35,216 nucleotides of DNA from an uncultured Candidatus Poseidoniales archaeon (lineage in GTDB: Archaea; Thermoplasmatota; Poseidoniia; Poseidoniales; Thalassarchaeaceae), in contig CAYFGD010000003.1 of the NCBI GenBank assembly GCA_964342715.1, positions 1-35,216 on the forward strand, read 5' to 3'. The translations under genes and the position numbers were made by a program. Positions 8,879-18,400 of the stretch are shown piece after piece; positions within the stretch are counted from its first letter, which is position 1, and the number at the start of each line of letters is the position of its first letter. The notes beneath the pieces were generated by a model. It was given only the letters and a program-made list of their open reading frames with translations. It was not told where the DNA came from and did not search any database.

Positions 8879-10312
8879 TCACTCGATTCTCCATGTTGGC
8901 CCTTCGGCCCCGTCCTCGACGACAATGCCCATTGAAGTGAGTTCTTCTCTTATCTCATCTGCCCTTGACCAGTTCTTCGTCTGCCTAGCGGACTCTCTCT
9001 CCTCCAGGAGGGCCTCTACAACCGAGGAAATTTCGGATCTGGCTGCTTCTTCTGACGCAGTGATGGACAATGCCTTTTCATCGGGAGGGAGAATTCCAAG
9101 AACGTCGCCCGCAAACTCTGCGAGCCATCCCACTGCAGCAGAAATTTTGGATTTCTCGGAGTTTGATTCTATCATCTTCCTGAGGGATTTGGCGACCTTC
9201 TGAACTTCTACCAGTGCTACTCGAGTGTTGAAGTCGTCATTCATTCCAGAGGAGAACCTCTCGGCGGCTTCCGATAGTTTCCCGTTATCTGCCCATCCTC
9301 CTGGCTCCGCCATAGATAGGCCCGCAGAATAGGCCCTAAGCAGCCTTCCGTGATTCAACCTAGAGTCTTCTATCATTACTTGATTGAAATCCACTGGTTG
9401 ACGGTATGGGGCATTTATCAGAGTGTACCTGAGAACTAGAGGGTCGACCTGCTGCAAAGCGTCTCTGACAGTCCAGAAGTTCCCTTCTGACTTACTCATC
9501 TTCTCTCCATCGACGTTGATCATCCCATTATGTAACCAATACTGGACAACCGGTTCATGGCCAAGACAACACTCAGACTGGAAAATCTCTGCCTCGTGAT
9601 GAGGAAACATCAGGTCTGAACCCCCTCCATGGATGTCGAATCTCTCACCAAGGTGTTTCAGTGACATTGCAGAACACTCGATGTGCCAACCAGGCCTCCC
9701 TGCACCCCATGGGCTACTCCATTTTGGCTCGCCAGACTTGGCCGATTTCCACAATGCGAAGTCCCTATGGTCCCTCTTACCAGACCCGGTTTCGTCGACT
9801 CTTCCGCCGGCCCCCTCCCTTACCATCTCCAAGGTCTGCCCTGTCAATTGGCCATATTTCTCCGGGGCAGTATCTATTTCGAAGTATACGCCGTCGTTGG
9901 CGACGTATGCGAAGCCCTTGTCGATTAGGTCGCTGATCATTTCTATGATTTCGGGCATCGTTTCCGTGACACGGGGATAGGCATCTGCCCTAATTACGTT
10001 CAAGGCGTCCATGACATCGAAGTAGTCTTCGATATTCCTATTTGCAACCTCCAAGAAGTCAACGCCCTCCTGAGAGGCAACGGCAATGATTTTGTCATCT
10101 ATATCGGTGAAGTTGGCAATGTAATTGACCTCTAGTCCGCTCTTGCGAATCCATCTCACAATTATGTCGAATGCAATTGCCTGCCTGGCATGTCCGATGT
10201 GACTGGGGGAGTACGGAGTTATACCGCAAGCGTAGATACCGATTTGCCCCTCTTTCAAGGGAATTAGGTCACGCTTCGTGCGCGAACGAGTGTCGTATAC
10301 CCTAAGCGCCAT
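8879..10312 (-). CDS. cysS: Cysteine--tRNA ligase
   Basis: CGITPY..HIGHAR, NFTDIDDKII, DFALWK, GRPGWHIECSAM, HGGGSDLMFPHHE, KMSKS. Confidence 0.98.
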   Translation of the reverse strand: MALRVYDTRSRTKRDLIPLKEGQIGIYACGITPYSPSHIGHARQAIAFDIIVRWIRKSGLEVNYIANFTDIDDKIIAVASQEGVDFLEVANRNIEDYFDVMDALNVIRADAYPRVTETMPEIIEMISDLIDKGFAYVANDGVYFEIDTAPEKYGQLTGQTLEMVREGAGGRVDETGSGKRDHRDFALWKSAKSGEPKWSSPWGAGRPGWHIECSAMSLKHLGERFDIHGGGSDLMFPHHEAEIFQSECCLGHEPVVQYWLHNGMINVDGEKMSKSEGNFWTVRDALQQVDPLVLRYTLINAPYRQPVDFNQVMIEDSRLNHGRLLRAYSAGLSMAEPGGWADNGKLSEAAERFSSGMNDDFNTRVALVEVQKVAKSLRKMIESNSEKSKISAAVGWLAEFAGDVLGILPPDEKALSITASEEAARSEISSVVEALLEERESARQTKNWSRADEIREELTSMGIVVEDGAEGPTWRIE

Positions 10313-10339
10313 CGGCCTTTCTGCTGGGCTTACCCGTCA

Positions 10340-11029
10340 TCAACCCCTCGCTGCTTCTACTAGGGCAGCGAACAGTAAGTCATGTCCCTTGCGCTCGGGA
10401 TGCCACTGAACGCCCAGACAGAATTTCTTGTCCCTCCTCTCGACAGCTTCGATTAGTCCGTCATGCTCGGCGATTGCGGTAACGGTTAGTGAGCCTGGGT
10501 CTGCGACCCCTTGGTGATGTGTAGAGTTGACGATGAAAGAATCCCCCATGAGTCCTGCTAGAATCGAGTCTTTCTCGACTATGACGCCATGATCGGTGGA
10601 ATTTCCGTCATAACCACCATGGCCCTCATGCCCAGGGGTATCGTCGAGATGCTGGTGTAGTGAGCCCCCATGGGCTATGCTGAGAATCTGCATCCCCCTG
10701 CAGACTCCGAGAAGGGGCATGTCCATTTCCAGAGCGGAAGAAATTAGGGCAATCTCAGTTTTATCCTGCTCTGGATAGAACTCCTTTGTCATGGGGCCCG
10801 GTATCTGGCCGTATATAGAAGGAGAAACGTCTGGCCCGCCTGAGACGATTAGTCCGTCGATGCTACTCAGGAGACGGGTCATGTCCCCTGCTGGAGGTAT
10901 GATCAGAGGAGTCCCCCCTGCCCTGTCGATCATTGAGACATATGCCGATGGCAATATTGCTGCATGCCTCTGCCAGTTGCCATACTGGGTATCACGCATG
11001 AAACATGTGATACCGATAACTGGACGCAC
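10340..11029 (-). CDS. Class I glutamine amidotransferase, peptidase C26 / PuuD-like gamma-glutamyl hydrolase
   Basis: RPVIGIT, GGPDVSP..YG, nucleophile motif GVCRGMQ, VNSTHHQ, GVQWHPE. GTG start directly after the upstream stop codon. Confidence 0.88.
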   Translation of the reverse strand: MRPVIGITCFMRDTQYGNWQRHAAILPSAYVSMIDRAGGTPLIIPPAGDMTRLLSSIDGLIVSGGPDVSPSIYGQIPGPMTKEFYPEQDKTEIALISSALEMDMPLLGVCRGMQILSIAHGGSLHQHLDDTPGHEGHGGYDGNSTDHGVIVEKDSILAGLMGDSFIVNSTHHQGVADPGSLTVTAIAEHDGLIEAVERRDKKFCLGVQWHPERKGHDLLFAALVEAARG

Positions 11030-11431
11030 TCAACCACCTGATGATTCCCTGAGTTTCCGAGCGTGTCTGAAAGACTTGATTCCTGCGGTCATGAAAGTGA
11101 CCCCCATGAGAACCAAAATTAGATGTGAGCCTATTGAAAGATTGGACTTCCCCTCAATTACAATGAGGCCTTGTGCCCCGCCTATGACCATGAATAGGGC
11201 TACTACCATTGCAGCGTGCATGTAATGGTGACGGTTTTCCTCATTTCTTTCGGCCAATATTCCCAGTAATAGAAGTGGAGCTCCAAAGAAGGCGGGAATC
11301 ATTGCAGTGATCGAAGGTGGATCCGAGCTCTGCAAGAAGTAAGCTGCTAAACCCCAGAGAACTAAGATTCCGCCGGCTACCTTGGCTAGATTTGGCACTG
11401 TCAATCCCGAGAAAGTAAATGTGTCTTCCAT
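11030..11431 (-). CDS. Small four-helix membrane protein (TMEM14-like)
   Basis: Four hydrophobic segments, SITAMIPAFFG and RHHYMH motifs, basic C-terminus. Abuts the downstream gene. Confidence 0.65.
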   Translation of the reverse strand: MEDTFTFSGLTVPNLAKVAGGILVLWGLAAYFLQSSDPPSITAMIPAFFGAPLLLLGILAERNEENRHHYMHAAMVVALFMVIGGAQGLIVIEGKSNLSIGSHLILVLMGVTFMTAGIKSFRHARKLRESSGG

Positions 11432-11470
11432 GCCCTTGGCTGGGCGTTGCCACTTATGACACTCACTATA

Positions 11471-13477
11471 CTAAGCCGTGGAATCGGCACTAGCGGCCTC
11501 ATGAATCTCCTGGTCCCTAGCGACAATTTGCTCCCAGAGCAATTCTGCAACATCGAGAACCTCCATCTCTGCTCCGACTGCATCCAGGCCATCCTTTACC
11601 ATGACAGAACAGAAAGGGCAACCTACTGCGACAGTGTCACATCCGGTTTCTGCCAACTCGGCGGCCCTGATCTCGTTAACCCTCTTGTCTGCATCTTCCT
11701 CCATCCACATCTGTGCCCCTCCTGCTCCACAGCAGAACGAGGATTTTCCGTGCCTCTCTGGTTCCGCGTCGACCCCGCCAATGACAGACCTAGGCTCTTC
11801 AACGACGCCACCCATCCTCCCCAAATAACAAGGGTCGTGGAATGTAACGCTTCGTCCATTCTTCTCAGCATCTGGTAGTTTTCCCTCCTCCTGTAGCTTG
11901 GCGATAATTTCCGAGTGATGGAATACCTCCAGTTCATCCCCTCCAAAGTCACCATACTCCTTACCGAGGGTGTGGAAGCAATGCGGGCAAGATGCAACTA
12001 TCCTCTTGACACCGAGCTCTTGGAAGGTCATCATGTTGGTCTCGGCCAGCATTTGGAATAGGTATTCATTTCCAGCTCTCCGGGCAGGGTCCCCGGAACA
12101 CCCCTCTTGCATTCCCAATATTCCTACATCCAGGCCGGCTTCCTTTAGAAGGGAGATTGTGGATCTTGCGACTTTCTGATTCCTTTCGTCGAAGCTTCCT
12201 GCGCAACCTACGAAGTAGATGTACTCAGCGGGCTCCCCTACTTTGACATCCAGATCTGATGCCCAGTCTGCCCTCTCATGTGCCCCGAATCCATATGGGT
12301 TGGATGCAGACTCTATGTTGCCCATGGCCGTATTCAGAACCTCTGGATACTCCATAGTCTCCATCATAGCGTTCCTCCTGAGGTCAGTCAGTTTTGGTAC
12401 GTGCTCTATGTATAGGGGGCAAACATCGACACATGCGTTGCATGTCGTGCACGCCCATACAGCGTCCTCTGTAATCCTAGTCATCATTGTCTCCGACGGT
12501 TCCCCTCCAGAAAGAAGGATTGGGGCATGCTCGTTTGCATAATCTCTAACGTCATGAATGACTTGCATTGGATTCAGTGACTTTCCTGAAGCATAGGCGG
12601 GACAGACGTCCTGGCATCTGGCGCAGGAAGTACACGACCAACCATCTATGAGTTGTCTCCAAGTGTACTGGGTATAGGAGCTGACTCCGAATGAGTCTAT
12701 ATCGAGGTCTTCCAGTGGTACTGCCTTTCCGTCGTCGCCAATTGCCATGGGCCTCATCTTTCCAGGGGGCTCGATATCGTGGAAGAATACGTTTGGCACT
12801 GCCATAACCAAGTGCATGTGCTTAGAAACTGGGATTAGGAAAAGGAACATGGAAATTGCGACCATGTGAGCCCAGTATGCAGCGACAACAGTGCCGTCGG
12901 AAAGGCCCATTTCGGCGAACATATGACCGAACGGTTCCCAGAATGGAGAGGGGTCTTCATACGACTCAACCACAAATGAAGTGGTGGTGATCGTCAGAAT
13001 CAGAAGGAGGATTACGTTACCCTCAAGCTGGGGCTTGCCCTTCAGCTTCTCGGGTGTGAAGGCAACTCTTCTGACAAGGGCAGCGGAGCAACCTATGAGA
13101 GCCATGGTGTAGCCTAGCTCGACCATTCCATTCCATGGGCCATTAAGGGCCGGGGGAAGGACGTGCTCTGAGAATGCATTGGCGGTTGCCAAATCAAACA
13201 TGTCGGATGCCAACATCAGGAATCCCCAGAACATCAGGACGTGCATGGTACCTGCAACTCTATCCCTCAGGACTTTCGTCTGTCCCAGCCATCCCGAAAG
13301 AAAAACGCTAATCCTAGTTCCCCATGAGTCAAATCTATCGTCGGGGGAGCCAATCATCACAAGCCTCACTGCTTTTTGGACCTGGTATGTGAAGAAACCA
13401 ATGGAAATAGTGCCGATAATAGCCAAAATTTGCCAGCCCTCGAAGGGGCCGTATGATTGTAGGAGGGGATGTTCCAT
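11471..13477 (-). CDS. Membrane-bound Fe-S oxidoreductase (FadF / HdrED-like: membrane domain + 2x[4Fe-4S] + CCG domains)
   Basis: About 5 TM helices with His residues (MHVLMFWGF, WAHM, SKHMH), CTSCARCQDVCP and CTTCNACVDVCP, and CCG-domain motifs (GCSGDPARRAG, CPHC, HDPCYLGR, CCGAGG, CPFC). Start moved to ATG 13477. Confidence 0.9.
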   Translation of the reverse strand: MEHPLLQSYGPFEGWQILAIIGTISIGFFTYQVQKAVRLVMIGSPDDRFDSWGTRISVFLSGWLGQTKVLRDRVAGTMHVLMFWGFLMLASDMFDLATANAFSEHVLPPALNGPWNGMVELGYTMALIGCSAALVRRVAFTPEKLKGKPQLEGNVILLLILTITTTSFVVESYEDPSPFWEPFGHMFAEMGLSDGTVVAAYWAHMVAISMFLFLIPVSKHMHLVMAVPNVFFHDIEPPGKMRPMAIGDDGKAVPLEDLDIDSFGVSSYTQYTWRQLIDGWSCTSCARCQDVCPAYASGKSLNPMQVIHDVRDYANEHAPILLSGGEPSETMMTRITEDAVWACTTCNACVDVCPLYIEHVPKLTDLRRNAMMETMEYPEVLNTAMGNIESASNPYGFGAHERADWASDLDVKVGEPAEYIYFVGCAGSFDERNQKVARSTISLLKEAGLDVGILGMQEGCSGDPARRAGNEYLFQMLAETNMMTFQELGVKRIVASCPHCFHTLGKEYGDFGGDELEVFHHSEIIAKLQEEGKLPDAEKNGRSVTFHDPCYLGRMGGVVEEPRSVIGGVDAEPERHGKSSFCCGAGGAQMWMEEDADKRVNEIRAAELAETGCDTVAVGCPFCSVMVKDGLDAVGAEMEVLDVAELLWEQIVARDQEIHEAASADSTA

Positions 13478-13534
13478 CAGAAAACCTCGCACCGTTCTAT
13501 CTACTAGCCTAGGGGACTCGGCGTATTCTTGAAG

Positions 13535-13567
13535 CAGGTGCAATAATTAAAGCAACAGGTAATAATT
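13535..13567. promoter_or_regulatory. Imperfect direct repeat in AT-rich divergent intergenic region
   Basis: CAGGTGCAATAATT (13535-13548) and CAGGTAATAATT (13556-13567), between the Fe-S oxidoreductase and mvk. Confidence 0.3.
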
Positions 13568-13658
13568 GAGAGAGTAGATGCAAATTACTACACCGAATCT
13601 ATAGAACCGATTGTTTACAGAACCCAACCCTCATTTCCCATGTGCCACAGCGAGAAGC

Positions 13659-14630
13659 ATGGCGCGTGCGTTCGCTCCGGGAAAATGCATTCTCTTCGGG
13701 GAACATGCTGTGGTCTATGGGCACCCTGCCGTTGCAGTAGCTATAGATGCTGGAGTAGAGGTTTCCATCGAGGAATCTTCCAAATGGACAATAGAAGGAA
13801 TGGACTTTGATCCGAGCCGTCACCCTCACATCACGCATATCCTCAGGGACGTTTTCAAATACAACGGAGTGCCACTGGAAATAGACGTCAAGAGTGGTCT
13901 TTTCTCTGCGGCTGGGCTTGGTTCATCCGCTGCGATTTCAAATGCTATGGGAGCGGCGCTACATTTCCATCTCAACCCCGACAGGGAGCTTGACAGGATT
14001 GAGCTAGCTAGGATGGGTCACTCTGCGGAGGCTATTGCGCAGAAGGGGAGGGCGAGCCCTACTGATACTGCAACAAGTGCCCTAGGAGGATGTGTCGTGG
14101 TATCCGGAGATCCAGTAGATGGGACCACTCATATTTTCGATGCCAGCCTTGAAACTCTAGAGGGGGAGAGGACTTGGTCGGTAAGCAGGACTCTAGTGCC
14201 TGAAGGACTGGATGCTTGGATAGTGCTTGGCTTCACCGGAGTTGGCTCTCCCACTGGCAGGATGGTGGCCGGGGTTGCGAGCCTACTCGAACAGGACCCC
14301 TCCAAAGAAATGGAGATGGAGGCCATCGGGAAAATTACCCATGCGGGATTAGCGGCGCTTTCTGCTGGGAATCTTGAGGGCGTTGGAATTGCAATGAATG
14401 CATGTCACGAGAAACTCAGATCCCTAAATGTCAGTAGTCCGGAGCTAGAGAATCTGATCGATGCCGCCAAGCCTCATTCACTCGGAGTTAAATTGACTGG
14501 GGCTGGAGGCGGCGGCTGCATGGTCTCCCTTACCAGAAATCCTCGCAGGGTAGCTGAGGCGATCGAGGTTGCTGGAGGTAAGCCATTGATTTCCAAACTA
14601 GGCGCGGATGGCGTGAGAATTCTCACATGA
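13659..14630 (+). CDS. mvk: Mevalonate kinase
   Basis: APGKCILFGEHAVVYG, AGLGSSAA, KLTGAGGGG (GHMP family, mevalonate kinase type). Start moved to ATG 13659. Confidence 0.9.
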   Translation: MARAFAPGKCILFGEHAVVYGHPAVAVAIDAGVEVSIEESSKWTIEGMDFDPSRHPHITHILRDVFKYNGVPLEIDVKSGLFSAAGLGSSAAISNAMGAALHFHLNPDRELDRIELARMGHSAEAIAQKGRASPTDTATSALGGCVVVSGDPVDGTTHIFDASLETLEGERTWSVSRTLVPEGLDAWIVLGFTGVGSPTGRMVAGVASLLEQDPSKEMEMEAIGKITHAGLAALSAGNLEGVGIAMNACHEKLRSLNVSSPELENLIDAAKPHSLGVKLTGAGGGGCMVSLTRNPRRVAEAIEVAGGKPLISKLGADGVRILT

Positions 14631-14675
14631 AGTCCATAAAACTGGACAACTGACAGTCTATTAGCACAACTATCC

Positions 14676-14694
14676 TTTATAAGAAGAATATAAG
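14676..14694 (+). promoter_or_regulatory. TATA box(es) of tbp
   Basis: TTTATAAG at 14676-14683, 22-29 nt upstream of the ATG (archaeal leaderless spacing). A second ATATAAG lies at 14688-14694. Confidence 0.6.
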
Positions 14695-14704
14695 TGGGCG
14701 GCCC

Positions 14705-15436
14705 ATGCTTAGTGACGAGGAGCGTCTTACAGTTGTGAATGTCGTAGCATCGACAAGAGTTGCCGAGGAGTTGGACCTGCCAGATATTGCAATCCAACTC
14801 AATTGCGAGTATGAACCAGAACAGTTCCCTGGTGTGGTCTACAGAGTGGTCGACCCGAAGCTCGCGATACTCATGTTTAGGTCTGGCCGAGCGGTATGTA
14901 CCGGTGGGAAGAACCAAGCAAATATCGAGACAGGGATAGAGAGGATGATTGGTGATCTAAGGGCTGCTGGGATAACCACCTGGGACCTAAAAGATGTGGA
15001 GATTGAGGTACAGAACATGGTGGCAACATACTCATTGTTCTTCCCGGAAGACTACGATGGAGTGGCCAAGATGGATGACATCAACACCAAAGTAATCGAT
15101 GTTGACGGTGGCGGAATAAGGGCTGCTACAGATGAAGAAGTAGAGGAAGAGGACGAGAGGATTAGAGGGATCAAGCAAGGAGAGCCCCTAGCAGCACTGC
15201 CTAGGAGGTTGAACCTAAACAATCTGACCTTCCACCTACCATTCGACAAGGTAGAATACGAGCCTGAGCAGTTCCCTGGACTGATTTACAGGCTTGATTA
15301 CCCCAAGGTAGTTTGCCTAATCTTCGGAAGTGGGAAGATGGTGATAACAGGGGCTAGGCACAAGGACGAGATTCTTGAAGCGGTTCAGTTTATTCAGGAT
15401 GAGCTTGCTGACCTACCCGATTACAGAGCTATGTAA
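14705..15436 (+). CDS. tbp: TATA-box-binding protein with an internal insertion
   Basis: Two TBP repeats: NVVAS..EYEPEQFPGVVYR..LMFRSGRAVCTG and NMVAT..EYEPEQFPGLIYR..LIFGSGKMVITG. Confidence 0.97.
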   Translation: MLSDEERLTVVNVVASTRVAEELDLPDIAIQLNCEYEPEQFPGVVYRVVDPKLAILMFRSGRAVCTGGKNQANIETGIERMIGDLRAAGITTWDLKDVEIEVQNMVATYSLFFPEDYDGVAKMDDINTKVIDVDGGGIRAATDEEVEEEDERIRGIKQGEPLAALPRRLNLNNLTFHLPFDKVEYEPEQFPGLIYRLDYPKVVCLIFGSGKMVITGARHKDEILEAVQFIQDELADLPDYRAM

Positions 15437-15477
15437 TCTTAGACACATTGATTTGGGCGTTGCGCTCAGAGGCCGGC

Positions 15478-18400
15478 ATGCGCAGCGCACGGATGATAGC
15501 AATTGGACTAGCGGTTCTCCTATCTTCACAGTACTGTATACTGCTAATTGACGGTGGACAAGAGGCCCTAGAGGAAGAAGAAAAGCACTTCTCGACCTCA
15601 CGGAATACAGGAATAGTTGACTTGCCCACATGGAGAATAAATGACAGGTGGACGTACAATGGGGAGTTGGACGTAAGAGACTTTATCGCAACTTCCGGAG
15701 TGAGTACGAACGTTGACTTCTTGGAAGGTTCCTTGGTCAAGAATATCGACGACATCTATGTCCTAGAGGGAGTGGACAATAGATCAACCCTGGTCTATGA
15801 GGCGGCTTCAGATGGTACCTACGAGGCCGAAGATATCGAGCTTGACGGAAACGAAGGGGACCTAGTTGTGGAAATTGACACTACAGAGATAGTTAGGGCG
15901 TCTGATCTTGCTATCGTCAGTCAAGAAGCTACTATTGACATAGACTTCCAATACCAAATCCTCTGGTGGACAATCAACATAGACGTAGCGGACCTGGTAA
16001 TTTCGCAAACATTCTCGCCACCCACGGAAGGATATGATTTCCCTCTGAGCGTGGGTGACGAGTGGTCCACAGACTACTATCAGGAGACGGAATACACCGG
16101 CTCAAGCGACTATGTTGACATTCCTGCTGATGAGTCTTCCCACGAGTCAGCAAGCTGGGAAGTCGTGAGCAGGGGGGCGCCTGGTGTCAGCTATGCAACT
16201 TGTCAACAGTCGTACAACATCACGAATTACGACTCTAACGGCGATCCAACTGGATACAGGTGGTTTTGCCCCGCTGTTCGAGGGGACGTTTACTCCTCGT
16301 TTACCCAAAGCATTGGTTTCCTGGCCAATCACGAGTTGGTCATGTATCAAGCAGCACCCAGGAGCAAGCAAATCTCTGTTGAGCTTGAGTTCCCACTTTC
16401 CCCTCTGAATATGGAACAATCCGTTTTCGCCAACGTCACTCAGAATAACCAGGGTGTTTCTGGCCAGTCCGTTGAGTTCAGATATGGAATAGAAGAGGAT
16501 GTTGGCACATACGCAACCGGCTCAGATGGTTCGGCGGAAATTACATTCAACTCGGGCAGTGAGTCTGATGACTCCATTGGAGGGCCTGACACAGGAAGCC
16601 ATGGGGTGATAGTCTGGATACCCGGCCAGAAGATCATCGGCGCATCTACGATAACGATAGACCCTAACACATACCCTGTTGACCTAATTGCCAGATCGGA
16701 GGGAGTTACTGTAGAGAGGGTCAGGGGCAATCAAACTACTACCCTAGATCCCATAGTGGGATTCAACGCGATCCCCGGGGACATGCTGACATTCAGCATC
16801 CCTGTTCAGAATAGAGGGATACTGGGCTCTCCAGCCACTACTATGTCGGTAGAGGCACCCGATGGGACCTCTGAGAGCGTTTCTGTGCCGCCACTTTCGA
16901 GCCTTAGCCAGTCGAGAGTCGAGGTTGGCTGGTTGGTTCCTCAGACTCAGGCCATAGGCGAAGTATCGCTATCCTTCACTGTAGATCCAAACGAGGAGGT
17001 CTACAATGATGGCAATAGGAGCAATAATCATGGTTCATTCTCTCTGTTCATAGGCAGGGCCCCTACGGCTAGCCTCAGTGCCCCTTCGCAATCGTTGACT
17101 CTTGACCAGGTTAGCTTCAACGGACTTTCTTCTTACGACCCAGATGGCGGGGAATTATCATGCGAATTTATTGTGGAGACCCTGGAAGGGGGGCATGTCT
17201 CATCTGTGGAGGATGACTGCATCCATGAGTACACGTGGGACGACGACGGCGTCTTCTCAGTGAGGCTGGTGATCACAGATGATGAAAATGACCAAGGTTG
17301 GAGCGAGTCAGTAGTGACCATACTGAACCGAGAGCCGTATGTTACCGTCAACTCTGAGTATGAGTGGACTCCGGTACTTTCCCCGATTGAGTTCAATGTC
17401 GAAGATTCCGTTGGCGACATCGACACACAGAACCCGTCTGCGCCAGTTGACATACTATGGAAGCAGCCTTGCGAGGAGGGTCAAGTCGGGTTCTACTGTA
17501 CCGTGACGCCGACATCGGAGGGCGAATACACCGCTGAGATCGAAGTGATGGACGACGACGGGGCCGTCGTTTCTTCGACCAAGACAATAGAAGTCAGGAA
17601 CATCGCCCCTACTAATCCGAGATCCGAGATTTGGCTAGGCGATAATCGGATGATAGCCGACAGCAGGGGCGTCTTCATCGTGAATGAGGGAGACTCGCTC
17701 AGATTCGAGGGTTGGGCCGACGATTCTGAAAATGACATGGACACCCTAGTACACATTTGGTCACCTGACGCTGAGAAAAATCCGGACATTGTTATGGAGA
17801 CTACAGGCAGGAAGAGTACCATGGAGTATACCTACCACACGTCGGGAATGCATCTCGCGACGCTTCAGGTCGTCGATGACGACGGAGAAAGCACAGAAGC
17901 ACTAATTGTCCCAATAGAAGTGATGAACATTGAGCCTTACATTTCACCAATCTCTCCGCCACTCCCAGCCGCAGAAGACTCGTTGCTAGACATCCTAATC
18001 CAAGTTACTGATACTAGTGGTGACATGCACACACTTACCAGATGCTTCGACCTTGATCCACTTTCGAACAGTGATGGAGAGGGGACTTCAGCAGATGACT
18101 GTGACTTGGAGTCGGACCACCTGTCTAGATCTTGGCCCGATGCCACAACTGCGCCAGAGATGATAATTTTCCACGTCACTGATGACGATGGCGCAACGGC
18201 ATCCGTAGAAATTCCGCTAGACATCAGGAACGTCAAGCCAGTTCCAAAGGCCGATTCCAGTGCATTTTTGGATGTTCAGGAGGGGGATGTGTTATTCTTT
18301 ACCGCTAATGGGACAACTGACTCAGAGCATGATATGGCAAATATGCTGTACAACTGGGACATGGACACGACAGTAGACAGCGATGGTGATGGCGATCCTG

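Noticed and set aside
15038-15199. TBP insertion as an intein or intron
   Set aside because: Only ~55 aa, no N-terminal Cys/Ser or C-terminal His-Asn splice motifs, in frame with ordinary codon usage, and no evident bulge-helix-bulge structure.
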